Shown one piece after another: positions 10,319 through 18,947 of a stretch of DNA of 64,000 nucleotides (positions are counted from its first letter, which is position 1; the number at the start of each line of letters is the position of its first letter). This DNA comes from Pseudomonadales bacterium (GTDB taxonomy: Bacteria; Pseudomonadota; Gammaproteobacteria; Pseudomonadales; IMCC2047): positions 1,604-65,603 of the forward strand of contig JAWKZQ010000015.1 in the NCBI GenBank assembly GCA_041395865.1. The letters are read 5' to 3'. The notes beneath the pieces are model-generated. The model worked only from the letters and a program-made list of their open reading frames with translations, did not search any database and was not told the DNA's origin. Position numbers and translations under genes: made by a program.

Positions 10319-10657
10319 TCAAGCCCGGACGTCAATAAAGCGCCCTTTGCGCGAGCTCCCTTTGGTTTCTGGCGTCTCGGTTTCACCTGCCAGGCGATCA
10401 TCGGGCTCCCTGTTTACACTGGAGGCCCGGCGGTCAGGGTTTTTACGTCGTTCAGGTTTTGTCCACCTGACGCCTCGTGTAACGCGACGGTCGCCTTTGC
10501 GGCGTTTGAAACGCCGCCGGGGCTCATCAACTCGCTGTCGATTATCAGCCGCTACGGGATCGGACTGCGCCGTTTCCTTGACGTTATCGCTGCTTTTGAT
10601 CGAATTATTCTCAGCTGCAGTGCGGTTCACCGTGCCGATCGGTATCAGATCGACCAT
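10319..10657 (-). CDS. Hypothetical Arg/Asp-rich basic protein
   Basis: ORF with GGGAG about 8 nt before the ATG at 10657. Repeated (D/E)RR and RRK motifs. No family recognised, so it could be non-coding. Confidence 0.3.
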   Translation of the reverse strand: MVDLIPIGTVNRTAAENNSIKSSDNVKETAQSDPVAADNRQRVDEPRRRFKRRKGDRRVTRGVRWTKPERRKNPDRRASSVNREPDDRLAGETETPETKGSSRKGRFIDVRA

Positions 10658-10841
10658 ACGCCCACTCCCGGCCACACACCTGTGACCTAAACTAACTCAC
10701 TGATTTATAGATATAAAACCATTAACCAGCGAAATCAAGCGGCCACCCCGCTCACCTTATACTTTATAGGATTCCAATTGGTCTTATTTGTTATATCGGC
10801 CGCTCAACAAAATCTGTAGTCATATCGCCGGCAAAACCCGG

Positions 10842-11909
10842 CTACTTGTTGAATAAATCATCAAAGTCGAGCAATTGCCCAGCGTGCGAAGTGTCGTAGC
10901 CAGGTACCGCTGCGACACGGTGCCGGAATTCCTCGGACTTAAGCAGTTCCCGCAATCGGGCAACCCGCTCATTGTCATCATCCCTGGCCACCGCCAACAC
11001 ATAGGCTTCTTCCAGCACGGGAATAAAACTCAGCCCGAACTTTTCGGCCGCCGCTTTAATCCCCATACCCGCATCAGCAGACCCGCTGGCAATCATTGCA
11101 GCCACCGCCAGGTGAGTGAATTCCTCATGGCCGTAACCCGCAATCTCGCGTGCGGGAATGCTTTCGCGTTCCAGCAATCGATCAAAAATGGTGCGAGTTC
11201 CCGAACCCCGTTGCCGGTTCACAAAGCGCACGGATCGCTTGGTCAGGTCCGCAATTTCGTGGATATTTTTGGTGTTCAGGGCATCCGTCATCAACCCCTG
11301 CTGCCGGGTGGCAAGCAGTATCAGCGTATGCTGCCGCGGATCCAGCCAGGCACGGTACAGGGGAGCCAGCTCCGATTTAATCTTTTCCAGCGGGAAGTGA
11401 AAGCCAGCCACATCGCTCTGGCCGCTGGAAAGCAGACGCAGCGCATCAATACTGCCTCGTGTTTCCACCAACGCATCCAGCTCGGGTTGCTCCTGCAGCA
11501 GCTGAATAAATTCGGCGACCACAATGCCGTGACTGGCAAACATCCGCAAACGCACATTTTTAGTACCCTCAATCTCCGGTAATAACGTGGCATTAATGCG
11601 TTCAGCCAACTCACTGAAGCGGGACTGGATACTGTCGTTACTCTCCTGGACACAGGTCAGCAGCTTTTCGCCAAAATCACTCAACCTGGCGCCACGCCCC
11701 CGCTCCAGCACCAGTAAGGGAACCTGGAAAATTTCTTCCCAGTTTTTGATCAATCCCCAGGCATAACGGTAAGACACCCCAAGCACTGTGCTGGCTTTTT
11801 TCAGGGAGTGATCGCGGCGCACCGCATGCAACAAAAGGAAAAGGTTTTCCTCAATCTCGCGGCTTTCTTTACCTTCAATCTGCCAACGTAGCGAAAGCGA
11901 TATATGCAT
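10842..11909 (-). CDS. ModE-type HTH regulator fused to a periplasmic-binding-like domain (TunR-like)
   Basis: The N-terminus SLKKASTVLGVSYRYAWGLIKNWEE...ERGRGARLSDFGEKLL is a ModE-like helix-turn-helix (HTH). The C-terminal ~230 aa look like a solute-binding-fold domain (RQRGSGTR). Confidence 0.7.
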   Translation of the reverse strand: MHISLSLRWQIEGKESREIEENLFLLLHAVRRDHSLKKASTVLGVSYRYAWGLIKNWEEIFQVPLLVLERGRGARLSDFGEKLLTCVQESNDSIQSRFSELAERINATLLPEIEGTKNVRLRMFASHGIVVAEFIQLLQEQPELDALVETRGSIDALRLLSSGQSDVAGFHFPLEKIKSELAPLYRAWLDPRQHTLILLATRQQGLMTDALNTKNIHEIADLTKRSVRFVNRQRGSGTRTIFDRLLERESIPAREIAGYGHEEFTHLAVAAMIASGSADAGMGIKAAAEKFGLSFIPVLEEAYVLAVARDDDNERVARLRELLKSEEFRHRVAAVPGYDTSHAGQLLDFDDLFNK

Positions 11910-11952
11910 AGTTTTACCTATTTAAAACCACTGAGAAATTAATAACATGCGC

Positions 11953-11964
11953 TGCGATATCGCA
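11953..11964. promoter_or_regulatory. Perfect 12-bp palindrome TGCGATATCGCA in the divergent regulator/porin intergenic region
   Basis: Seen directly. It is the only perfect palindrome in the 97-bp gap between 11909 and 12007, so it is a candidate operator. Confidence 0.3.
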
Positions 11965-12006
11965 TTACCTGACTACAAAATAAAAACGACGAGAAGGAAA
12001 GTTTAA

Positions 12007-13314
12007 ATGAAATACGCTTCCCTGGGAAAAACTCTATTGGCCGGTTTAGCACTCGGCACCTCCGGTTCAGCCCTGGCAGCAAATTCTGCTGTTGAGGAAC
12101 TGCTGAAAGCCCTTTACCAAAACGGCACCATCGACCAGGCCACCTATGAACTGGTAAAACAGGCCGCAGAAGCTGAAGCGCAGCAAAATCGTGAACAGAT
12201 TCGCGAAATTTCCGTCGCCGAATCGAAAAAGGCTGCCGGGGAAGTGGTTGCCAAAGCGAAAAGCAGCAAGCCCAGCGTGAAGCTGGGTGGCCGCATTCAA
12301 CTGGATGCCGGCTCCGTTCATGAAGACAATGTTGATCATAACAGCGGCACCGAATTCCGCCGCGCCCGCCTGTTTGCCCAGGGCGATCTGGATGAAAACT
12401 GGGGTTATAAGCTGCAATACGACTTTACTTCCTCCGGTAGTAACGGCATTCAGGACGCTTACCTTGATTACAAGCCAATGAAAATCCGTATTGGCCACGC
12501 CAAGGAACCTTTCAGCCTGCAGAACATGACCAGCTCCAAGTACATCACCTTCATGGAGCGCGGCCTGCCGCACGTGTTTGCAGAAGGCCGTAATATCGGT
12601 ATCCAGACCTCCCGCAACGGCGACAACTGGATGATTGCCGGCGGCATCTTCGGCGACGGCCGTGATGGCAGCAGCAGCGGCGAAAACAACGAAGGCTGGG
12701 GCCTTGCAGCTCGCGCCACTATTGCACCTATCCATGCCGACGGCGAAACCCTGCACCTGGGTACCTCCCTGTCCTATCGCAATGTCGGGGGCGACCACAC
12801 CTTACGCTTCCAAGAACGTCCCGAGGCCCATATTACCGACACGCGCATCGTCGATACGACCAGCTTTGACGCCAACGACCTGATCCGCGGGGTACTGGAA
12901 GCGGCCTACATCAACGGTCCCTTCCACGTACAGGGCGAATACTACCTCACCGAAATTGATCGCCAGATGTCGGCCAATGAAGACCTGAGTTTCAGTGGTT
13001 ACTACGTCGAAGCCGGCCTGTTCCTGACCGACGATACCCTGAACTACAAAGCCTCCAAAGGCGCTTACAGCAAGGTGACACCCAGCGGCGACAACGGCGC
13101 CTGGCAAGTCGCTGCGCGCTTCAGCAGCCTGGATCTTTCGGACGAAGACATTGACGGCGGAGAAGCCGATAGCTTTACCCTGGGCCTGAACTGGTTCGCA
13201 ACGCCCAACGTCCGCTTTAGCGCCAACTACATCAGCATCCTGGATGTTGACGGCGGCCCAACAGACGGTGACGAGCCTGATGCCTTCACCTTCAGAACCC
13301 AGGTTGAGTTTTAA
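12007..13314 (+). CDS. Phosphate-selective porin O/P family (OprO/OprP-like) outer-membrane porin
   Basis: Signal peptide ...GSALA, an N-terminal coiled-coil-like segment, then beta-barrel repeats ending in F. Matches the porin O_P family layout (GGRIQLD..., EFRRARL...). Confidence 0.75.
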   Translation: MKYASLGKTLLAGLALGTSGSALAANSAVEELLKALYQNGTIDQATYELVKQAAEAEAQQNREQIREISVAESKKAAGEVVAKAKSSKPSVKLGGRIQLDAGSVHEDNVDHNSGTEFRRARLFAQGDLDENWGYKLQYDFTSSGSNGIQDAYLDYKPMKIRIGHAKEPFSLQNMTSSKYITFMERGLPHVFAEGRNIGIQTSRNGDNWMIAGGIFGDGRDGSSSGENNEGWGLAARATIAPIHADGETLHLGTSLSYRNVGGDHTLRFQERPEAHITDTRIVDTTSFDANDLIRGVLEAAYINGPFHVQGEYYLTEIDRQMSANEDLSFSGYYVEAGLFLTDDTLNYKASKGAYSKVTPSGDNGAWQVAARFSSLDLSDEDIDGGEADSFTLGLNWFATPNVRFSANYISILDVDGGPTDGDEPDAFTFRTQVEF

Positions 13315-13393
13315 TCCAATCACCTGAACCGCTTGCCCCGGCGGAACAGCAGGGGCAAGCACCTCATTGATCAACTACCCACAGGTTGAACCC

Positions 13394-14206
13394 ATGAAAA
13401 CTTTAAGATTTGCGTTAGCCTTCACACTGTCGCTATTCCTGTCCGGTCAAGCGTTTGCCCACGAGATGCAGCGTATCCGCCTGGCAACCACCACCAGCAC
13501 CGACAACTCCGGCTTGCTGGCAGTACTGCATCCGGTTTTTGAAGAGAAAAACCACATCAAGGTCGACGTGATTGCTGTCGGCACCGGTAAAGCCCTGCGC
13601 CTGGGCACTAACGGCGACGTGGATGTGGTAATGGTGCACGCCCCGGGCGCCGAGAAAAAATTTATTGCAGAAGGCAGCGGCGTGGAACGTCTGCCGGTGA
13701 TGCACAATGACTTTGTCTTACTGGGCCCAGCCGAAGATCCTGCCGATGTTAAAGACGCTGCCAGCCTGGATGAAGCGTTGCAGCGTATCGTAACCTCAAA
13801 CGCCACCTTTGTTTCGCGTGGCGATGATTCCGGCACCCATAAAAAAGAAAAAGCGCTATGGAAGTCCGCCGGCATCGAGCCGCAAGGCAGCTGGTACCAG
13901 GCCGCTGGCCAGGGCATGGGCGCAGTTCTGCAAATGAGCAATAACAAACAGGCCTATACGCTGTCGGATCGCGGCACTTACCTGGCCTTCAAAGACAAGT
14001 TGTCACTGGCTGTGGTTTACGAAGGCGCGCCTAACCTGCTGAACCCTTACCACGTGATTCTGGTGAATCCGGAAAAACACCCGCATGTTAAAACCGAGCT
14101 GGCGCAACGCTACGTGGACTTTATTCGCAGCCCGGAAGGACAGCGCATCATTGCCGACTTCAAGGTTAACGGAGAGGCTCTGTTCAAGCCGGACGTCGTT
14201 AAGTAA
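13394..14206 (+). CDS. Periplasmic oxyanion-binding protein, TupA-like (tungstate/molybdate type)
   Basis: Signal peptide MKTLRFALAFTLSLFLSGQAFA. The RLATTTSTDNSGLL segment carries the TTTS motif known from TupA. Confidence 0.7.
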   Translation: MKTLRFALAFTLSLFLSGQAFAHEMQRIRLATTTSTDNSGLLAVLHPVFEEKNHIKVDVIAVGTGKALRLGTNGDVDVVMVHAPGAEKKFIAEGSGVERLPVMHNDFVLLGPAEDPADVKDAASLDEALQRIVTSNATFVSRGDDSGTHKKEKALWKSAGIEPQGSWYQAAGQGMGAVLQMSNNKQAYTLSDRGTYLAFKDKLSLAVVYEGAPNLLNPYHVILVNPEKHPHVKTELAQRYVDFIRSPEGQRIIADFKVNGEALFKPDVVK

Positions 14207-14260
14207 TCCCCGCTTTTTCCTCGTTTGTGCACACCTCCAATGACTCCCCCTTGGAGGCAC

Positions 14261-14292
14261 AAAAAAAGGGAGGCAATGCCTCCCTTTCCTTT
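14261..14292. terminator. Bidirectional terminator (TupA-like gene / ibpA)
   Basis: A7, then the GGGAGGCA/TGCCTCCC stem, then a T-rich tail. Confidence 0.7.
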
Positions 14293-14306
14293 TCCTGGGT
14301 TAGCCC

Positions 14307-14771
14307 CTAGGCTGCATCTTCTGCCCGGTTAGCTTCAATCAACTTATCGCCACTGCCAATCGCGATCTTACGAGGCTTCATGGCCTCAGGAATTTCACGC
14401 ATCAGGTCAATGTGTAACAGACCGTTTTCCATGTTGGCACCCGTTACCTTGACGTAATCGGCCAACTGGAACTTGCGCTCAAAGTTACGTGCAGCAATAC
14501 CCTGATGCAGGAAATGGCGATCCTTGCTGTCTTCCTGTTTGACGCCGGTTACCGTCAAGGTATTGTGTTCGGATTCGATATTCAGTTCGGTTTCGTTAAA
14601 ACCGGCTACCGCCATGCTGATACGGTATCTGTCTTCATCCACCAGTTCGATGTTGTAGGGTGGATAGCTCGGTTGCTCAACCCGGTTAGCCGCGTCCAGC
14701 ATGGAAGCCAGGCGATCAAAACCAACGGTTGAACGGAACAGGGGAGTTAAGTCTAAACGTGCCATTTTCAT
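14307..14771 (-). CDS. ibpA: Small heat-shock protein IbpA (Hsp20)
   Basis: LDLTPLFRSTVGFDRLASML...YPPYNIE...RYRISMAVAGF matches the IbpA/IbpB alpha-crystallin family. Confidence 0.9.
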   Translation of the reverse strand: MKMARLDLTPLFRSTVGFDRLASMLDAANRVEQPSYPPYNIELVDEDRYRISMAVAGFNETELNIESEHNTLTVTGVKQEDSKDRHFLHQGIAARNFERKFQLADYVKVTGANMENGLLHIDLMREIPEAMKPRKIAIGSGDKLIEANRAEDAA

Positions 14772-14910
14772 ATCCTCTCAATGAAGCAATATGGTTTCGC
14801 CCATCAACAGATCGGGCAATTCAATAGTCATGGTCATTCATGGCTGCCAATCGGCCAGCTTCAATAACCAGGTTAGGTTTACAGGCCTCGGTTGAGCGCC
14901 CGTACTACTG

Positions 14911-14938
14911 ATATAAGGACAGGAAAAAGCGTTTCAAG
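14911..14938 (-). promoter_or_regulatory. sigma32-type heat-shock promoter candidate for ibpA
   Basis: On the minus strand: CGCTTGAAA, 13 nt, CCTTATAT, against the consensus CCCTTGAA-N13-17-CCCCATNT. Confidence 0.5.
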
Positions 14939-14955
14939 CGCGGAGTCATAATTTT

Positions 14956-15816
14956 TTACTCCGCTAAACCCCGTTCGGTTTTGCGGCTGCGCCAGCGGCG
15001 ATTCGACCACAACCACCCTTCAGGTGCATGCTGAATCAGCGTTTCCAGCTCGCGTACATAGGTCTCGGTAATGGGGTAGGCATTGCGCTGCTTTTCATAG
15101 GGGGGCTCGGCAATCACCTTGAAGGTAACGCGATAATAACCGCGTCGCTCCCGTTGCATGGTGACAAACACCACCGGAATCTTCACGAACTGGGCAATTT
15201 TTTCGGGCCCGATAAAGAAACGGGTTTCACGATGCAGGAAATCGCTGGTATGGGCTTTCCCCTTTGAACGCGGTTTTTGGTCCGCCAGGATACAATAGGC
15301 ACGCTGAGTGCCCTTGCGTTTGATAATCTCATTGGTAAATTCATTCAGGTCGATCGGGTCGACATTGAAGCGTGAGCGCGTGTCATACATAAACCGGTTC
15401 ATCGACGCGTTATGCAGGGGCTTATAGACCACATCCAGGGGAATAGGCATTTTCAGCGCCGTGCCAAGCAGCAGCCACTCCCAGTTACAATAATGGGCCG
15501 AGAGCAGGATCATCGATTGGCCACGATCCAGAATCGGCTGCAGTGCCTCCAGGTTTGCAAAACTGACCCGTTTATCGAGGTCGGCAGGCGTCATGCTGCC
15601 CACCTTGAAAATCTCCAGCGAAACATCGCAGAAATTCCGGTAAAAGCCCTTTGCCAGCGTTTTAATTTCAGCCGGGCTCCGGTCCGGAAAAGCCTGTTGC
15701 AAATGGGAAAAAACCACTTTGCGCCGGTAACGCACCACATAATAGACACAGAAATACATCAGCGTGGATAACCCGTAAAGCAGGCCAAACGGTAATTTTG
15801 AAAGCAGTTTCGGCAT
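14956..15816 (-). CDS. Lysophospholipid / lipid A (LpxL-HtrB family) acyltransferase
   Basis: N-terminal membrane anchor and an LLSAHYCNWEW H-box typical of the late acyltransferase family. Confidence 0.7.
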   Translation of the reverse strand: MPKLLSKLPFGLLYGLSTLMYFCVYYVVRYRRKVVFSHLQQAFPDRSPAEIKTLAKGFYRNFCDVSLEIFKVGSMTPADLDKRVSFANLEALQPILDRGQSMILLSAHYCNWEWLLLGTALKMPIPLDVVYKPLHNASMNRFMYDTRSRFNVDPIDLNEFTNEIIKRKGTQRAYCILADQKPRSKGKAHTSDFLHRETRFFIGPEKIAQFVKIPVVFVTMQRERRGYYRVTFKVIAEPPYEKQRNAYPITETYVRELETLIQHAPEGWLWSNRRWRSRKTERGLAE

Positions 15817-16055
15817 GGGTATTATTATCCGCTCAGGTAAAAAAAGCCGCCCGGGCTCCGGTCGGTTCAGGCTGCCCCATTATAGGCATGTTAGTCTTCA
15901 GGGGAAGACTGTCGAGCAGGCATCCGCCCATAAAATCCACGAACCAGCCAGAACGTCAGAAAATACCCGCCCATGAGTGAGCCGGGATTGAACCTGCGTT
16001 AAAATCCGCAGTCAGTTTTCTGACAAGTAAAATCACTCACCACAGGGAGTTTCCG

Positions 16056-18947
16056 GTGTCAAAACCCTTTTCTACGGCTATCACCACCCCCCAGAAGTTT
16101 TTAAAACCGCTGGCGCTTCTTCTTACCTTCACCTTGGCGCTGGCAGGGTGTGCCGGACAATTTCAAACGCATTCACCGACCCGTGACATCGAAAAAAGCG
16201 CAACCGACCCGCGTGATTACCTCGCCTTTCAGCTCGACAACCAGCTGAATGTACTGGTTATTTCCGATCCTGATGCAGACAAGGCGGCAGCGGCCCTCAG
16301 TGTTGCGGTGGGTAGCGGCTCCGATCCCAAAAACCGCGAAGGATTGGCTCATTTTCTCGAACATATGCTGTTTCTTGGCACCGAAAAATACCCCCAGGCC
16401 GATGCCTACCAACGCTTCATCAGCGAGCATGGCGGCTCGCACAATGCCTATACGGCCTTTGACGAAACCAATTACTTTTTTGATATCAATGCGACCGACC
16501 TGCAACCGGCTCTAGACCGGTTTGCCCAGTTCTTCATCGCCCCGCTGTTTAACGAGGAATATGTAGAGCGGGAAAAACATGCCGTTCACTCCGAATATCA
16601 ATCCAAAATCCGCGACGACAGCCGTCTGCAATACGACATATTCAAAACCCTGAGCAACCCCGAACACCCCTTTTCGCAATTCTCCGTCGGCAGCCTGGAG
16701 ACACTGGCCGATCAGCCCGGCGATCCCGTGCGCGATGACCTGCTTAACTTTTACCGAAGCCACTACTCTGCCAACCTGATGACCCTGGTGGTTCTGGGCA
16801 AGCAGTCAACCGCTGAATTGCAGCAACTGGTCACCGAGACCTTTAGCGACATTGCCAACTACAACAGCGCCCGGCCCGAATTCAAACAACCCTTGTTCAA
16901 CCAACTGCCCCTGCAGGTGAACACGCAGCCCAACAAAAACCTGCGTCGCCTGGTGTTCAACTTCCCCATCCCGCCAACTCGCGAGGTTTACCAAACCAAG
17001 CCCACCTATTACCTCAGCAGTCTGTTGGGGCATGAAGGAAAAGGCAGCCTGCTTTCCTACCTCAAACAGCAGGGATGGGCCGACAGCCTCAGCGCCGGCA
17101 TTAATTTTGAAAGCGACCAGCAGGCCAGCCTGCAAATCGCCATTGGCTTGACCGAGGCAGGCCTGCAACAAACCGACGCCATTGCCTCGGCACTGTTCCA
17201 TACCATTCGATTGATTCGCGAGCAGGGCCTTGAGGATTGGCGCTATCAGGAGCAGGCAAAGCTGGCGGCACTGAATTTCAGGTTCCAGCAAAACAGCAAC
17301 AACATACATTATGTCACCCGTCTCGCCAGTGAGCTGCATCAGGTGCCGGCGGCAAAGGTATTATCGGCACCGTACCAAATGGAGCGTTTTGATCGCGACC
17401 TCATCCGCACTTATCTTGATGCGTTACGCCCGGACAACCTGCTCTTAATGCGGGTAGGCAAGGGGCTTGCAACCAATCAGCAGACGCAACACTTCAACGC
17501 GCCCTATGCGGTGAAACCTATTGATAAGGCAACTCAGGAAAGCTGGTTAAAGCCGACCGAAATCGAACCGATCCAGTTACCGGCACCCAACCCCTTTGTC
17601 CCTGAAAACCTGGTTTTACTGGCAGGGAACAGTGATTCGGATAAACCTCGATTAAGCGAAACAGGTTCCGATACCCGGCTCTGGTATCGCACCGACACCA
17701 GCTTTGATGCCCCACGCGCCGATTTTTATTTCACCCTGCGTTCGGCGCAGGTTAACCGCTCGGCCCGTAATGTTGCCCTGACCCATTTACTGGTGAAAAC
17801 CATTAACGACCAGTTAAACGAGTTCAGTTACCCGGCCTCCCTGGCAGGTCTCGGTTACCAGCTTTATCCGCATGTTCGCGGTGTCAGCGTGCGTATCTCG
17901 GGTTATCAGGACAAACAAAGCGTCTTGCTCGACGAGATATTGAAGAGCCTTACCGCCCCGCAAATTGAACAGGATACCTTCAATCGCCATAAGGACGAGC
18001 TGGCCCGGCAATGGGAAAACAGCCTTAAACAAAAACCCTACCAGCAAAGCATGCAGAAGATTTCAGCGCTACTCACTGAGCCTGACTGGTCTGAAACAGC
18101 GTTAATCGCGGCATTAGCGCCCTTAACGACAGCCGACCTGCAAGCATTCAGCAAATCGTTCCTGGATAGGCTGGATATCGAAGTGCTCGCCAACGGAAAC
18201 ATCGAGCCCGGCACCGCACAGGCCATGACCAAACAGCTCGATAACTACCTGGCAAACAGGCAAAAGACACAAGTACAACGGCCCCGTATCGCCCGCCTTG
18301 GCAAACAAAAACTGCTCTACCCTTTTCACACCAGCCATAGTGACCACGCGGCCACCCTGTATGTGCAGGGCAATGACAAACGCATCGCCACACGCGCTCG
18401 CTTTGCACTGCTCAACCAATTCCTGTCCGCACCCTTTTACCACGAACTGCGCACCCGCCAACAGCTCGGGTATATCGTTTTCAGCAGCCCGCTCAGCCTG
18501 ATGGATGTGCCCGGCCTGGCCTTTACGGTGCAGTCGCCGAGCACGCCTGGCGAAGCGATTATCGAGGCGATCGAGCAGTTTATTGCAGACTTTGCCCTAA
18601 CGGTCGAAAACCTGGATAGCGCCGGACTCGACAAACACAAACAGGCGCTGACCGGTCGTATCCTGGAAAAGGATGCCCAGTTAAGCCAGCGCAGCAACCG
18701 CTACTGGTATGAAATTGATCGCCGTAATTTCCAGTTTGATACGCGAGAGCAACTGGTCGCCGCCATTGAACAGATCAGCCTGGCCGATTTCAAACAGGCC
18801 TATCGGGAATATCTGCTGGACCAGCCGCGCCTATTGGCAAGCATTACCACCCCCAATAACAATGAAAGCCCTGCCGTTCCCGCTCATTATCAACGGATTG
18901 ATGAAGACCAACTGGCCGCAAAAACTGATGGCTTTTTCACGGACTAA
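16056..18947 (+). CDS. M16 (pitrilysin/insulinase-type) zinc peptidase, exported
   Basis: Inverzincin motif HFLEHMLF (HxxEH). 963 aa, like protease III. Lipoprotein-type signal LALAGC. Confidence 0.85.
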   Translation: MSKPFSTAITTPQKFLKPLALLLTFTLALAGCAGQFQTHSPTRDIEKSATDPRDYLAFQLDNQLNVLVISDPDADKAAAALSVAVGSGSDPKNREGLAHFLEHMLFLGTEKYPQADAYQRFISEHGGSHNAYTAFDETNYFFDINATDLQPALDRFAQFFIAPLFNEEYVEREKHAVHSEYQSKIRDDSRLQYDIFKTLSNPEHPFSQFSVGSLETLADQPGDPVRDDLLNFYRSHYSANLMTLVVLGKQSTAELQQLVTETFSDIANYNSARPEFKQPLFNQLPLQVNTQPNKNLRRLVFNFPIPPTREVYQTKPTYYLSSLLGHEGKGSLLSYLKQQGWADSLSAGINFESDQQASLQIAIGLTEAGLQQTDAIASALFHTIRLIREQGLEDWRYQEQAKLAALNFRFQQNSNNIHYVTRLASELHQVPAAKVLSAPYQMERFDRDLIRTYLDALRPDNLLLMRVGKGLATNQQTQHFNAPYAVKPIDKATQESWLKPTEIEPIQLPAPNPFVPENLVLLAGNSDSDKPRLSETGSDTRLWYRTDTSFDAPRADFYFTLRSAQVNRSARNVALTHLLVKTINDQLNEFSYPASLAGLGYQLYPHVRGVSVRISGYQDKQSVLLDEILKSLTAPQIEQDTFNRHKDELARQWENSLKQKPYQQSMQKISALLTEPDWSETALIAALAPLTTADLQAFSKSFLDRLDIEVLANGNIEPGTAQAMTKQLDNYLANRQKTQVQRPRIARLGKQKLLYPFHTSHSDHAATLYVQGNDKRIATRARFALLNQFLSAPFYHELRTRQQLGYIVFSSPLSLMDVPGLAFTVQSPSTPGEAIIEAIEQFIADFALTVENLDSAGLDKHKQALTGRILEKDAQLSQRSNRYWYEIDRRNFQFDTREQLVAAIEQISLADFKQAYREYLLDQPRLLASITTPNNNESPAVPAHYQRIDEDQLAAKTDGFFTD

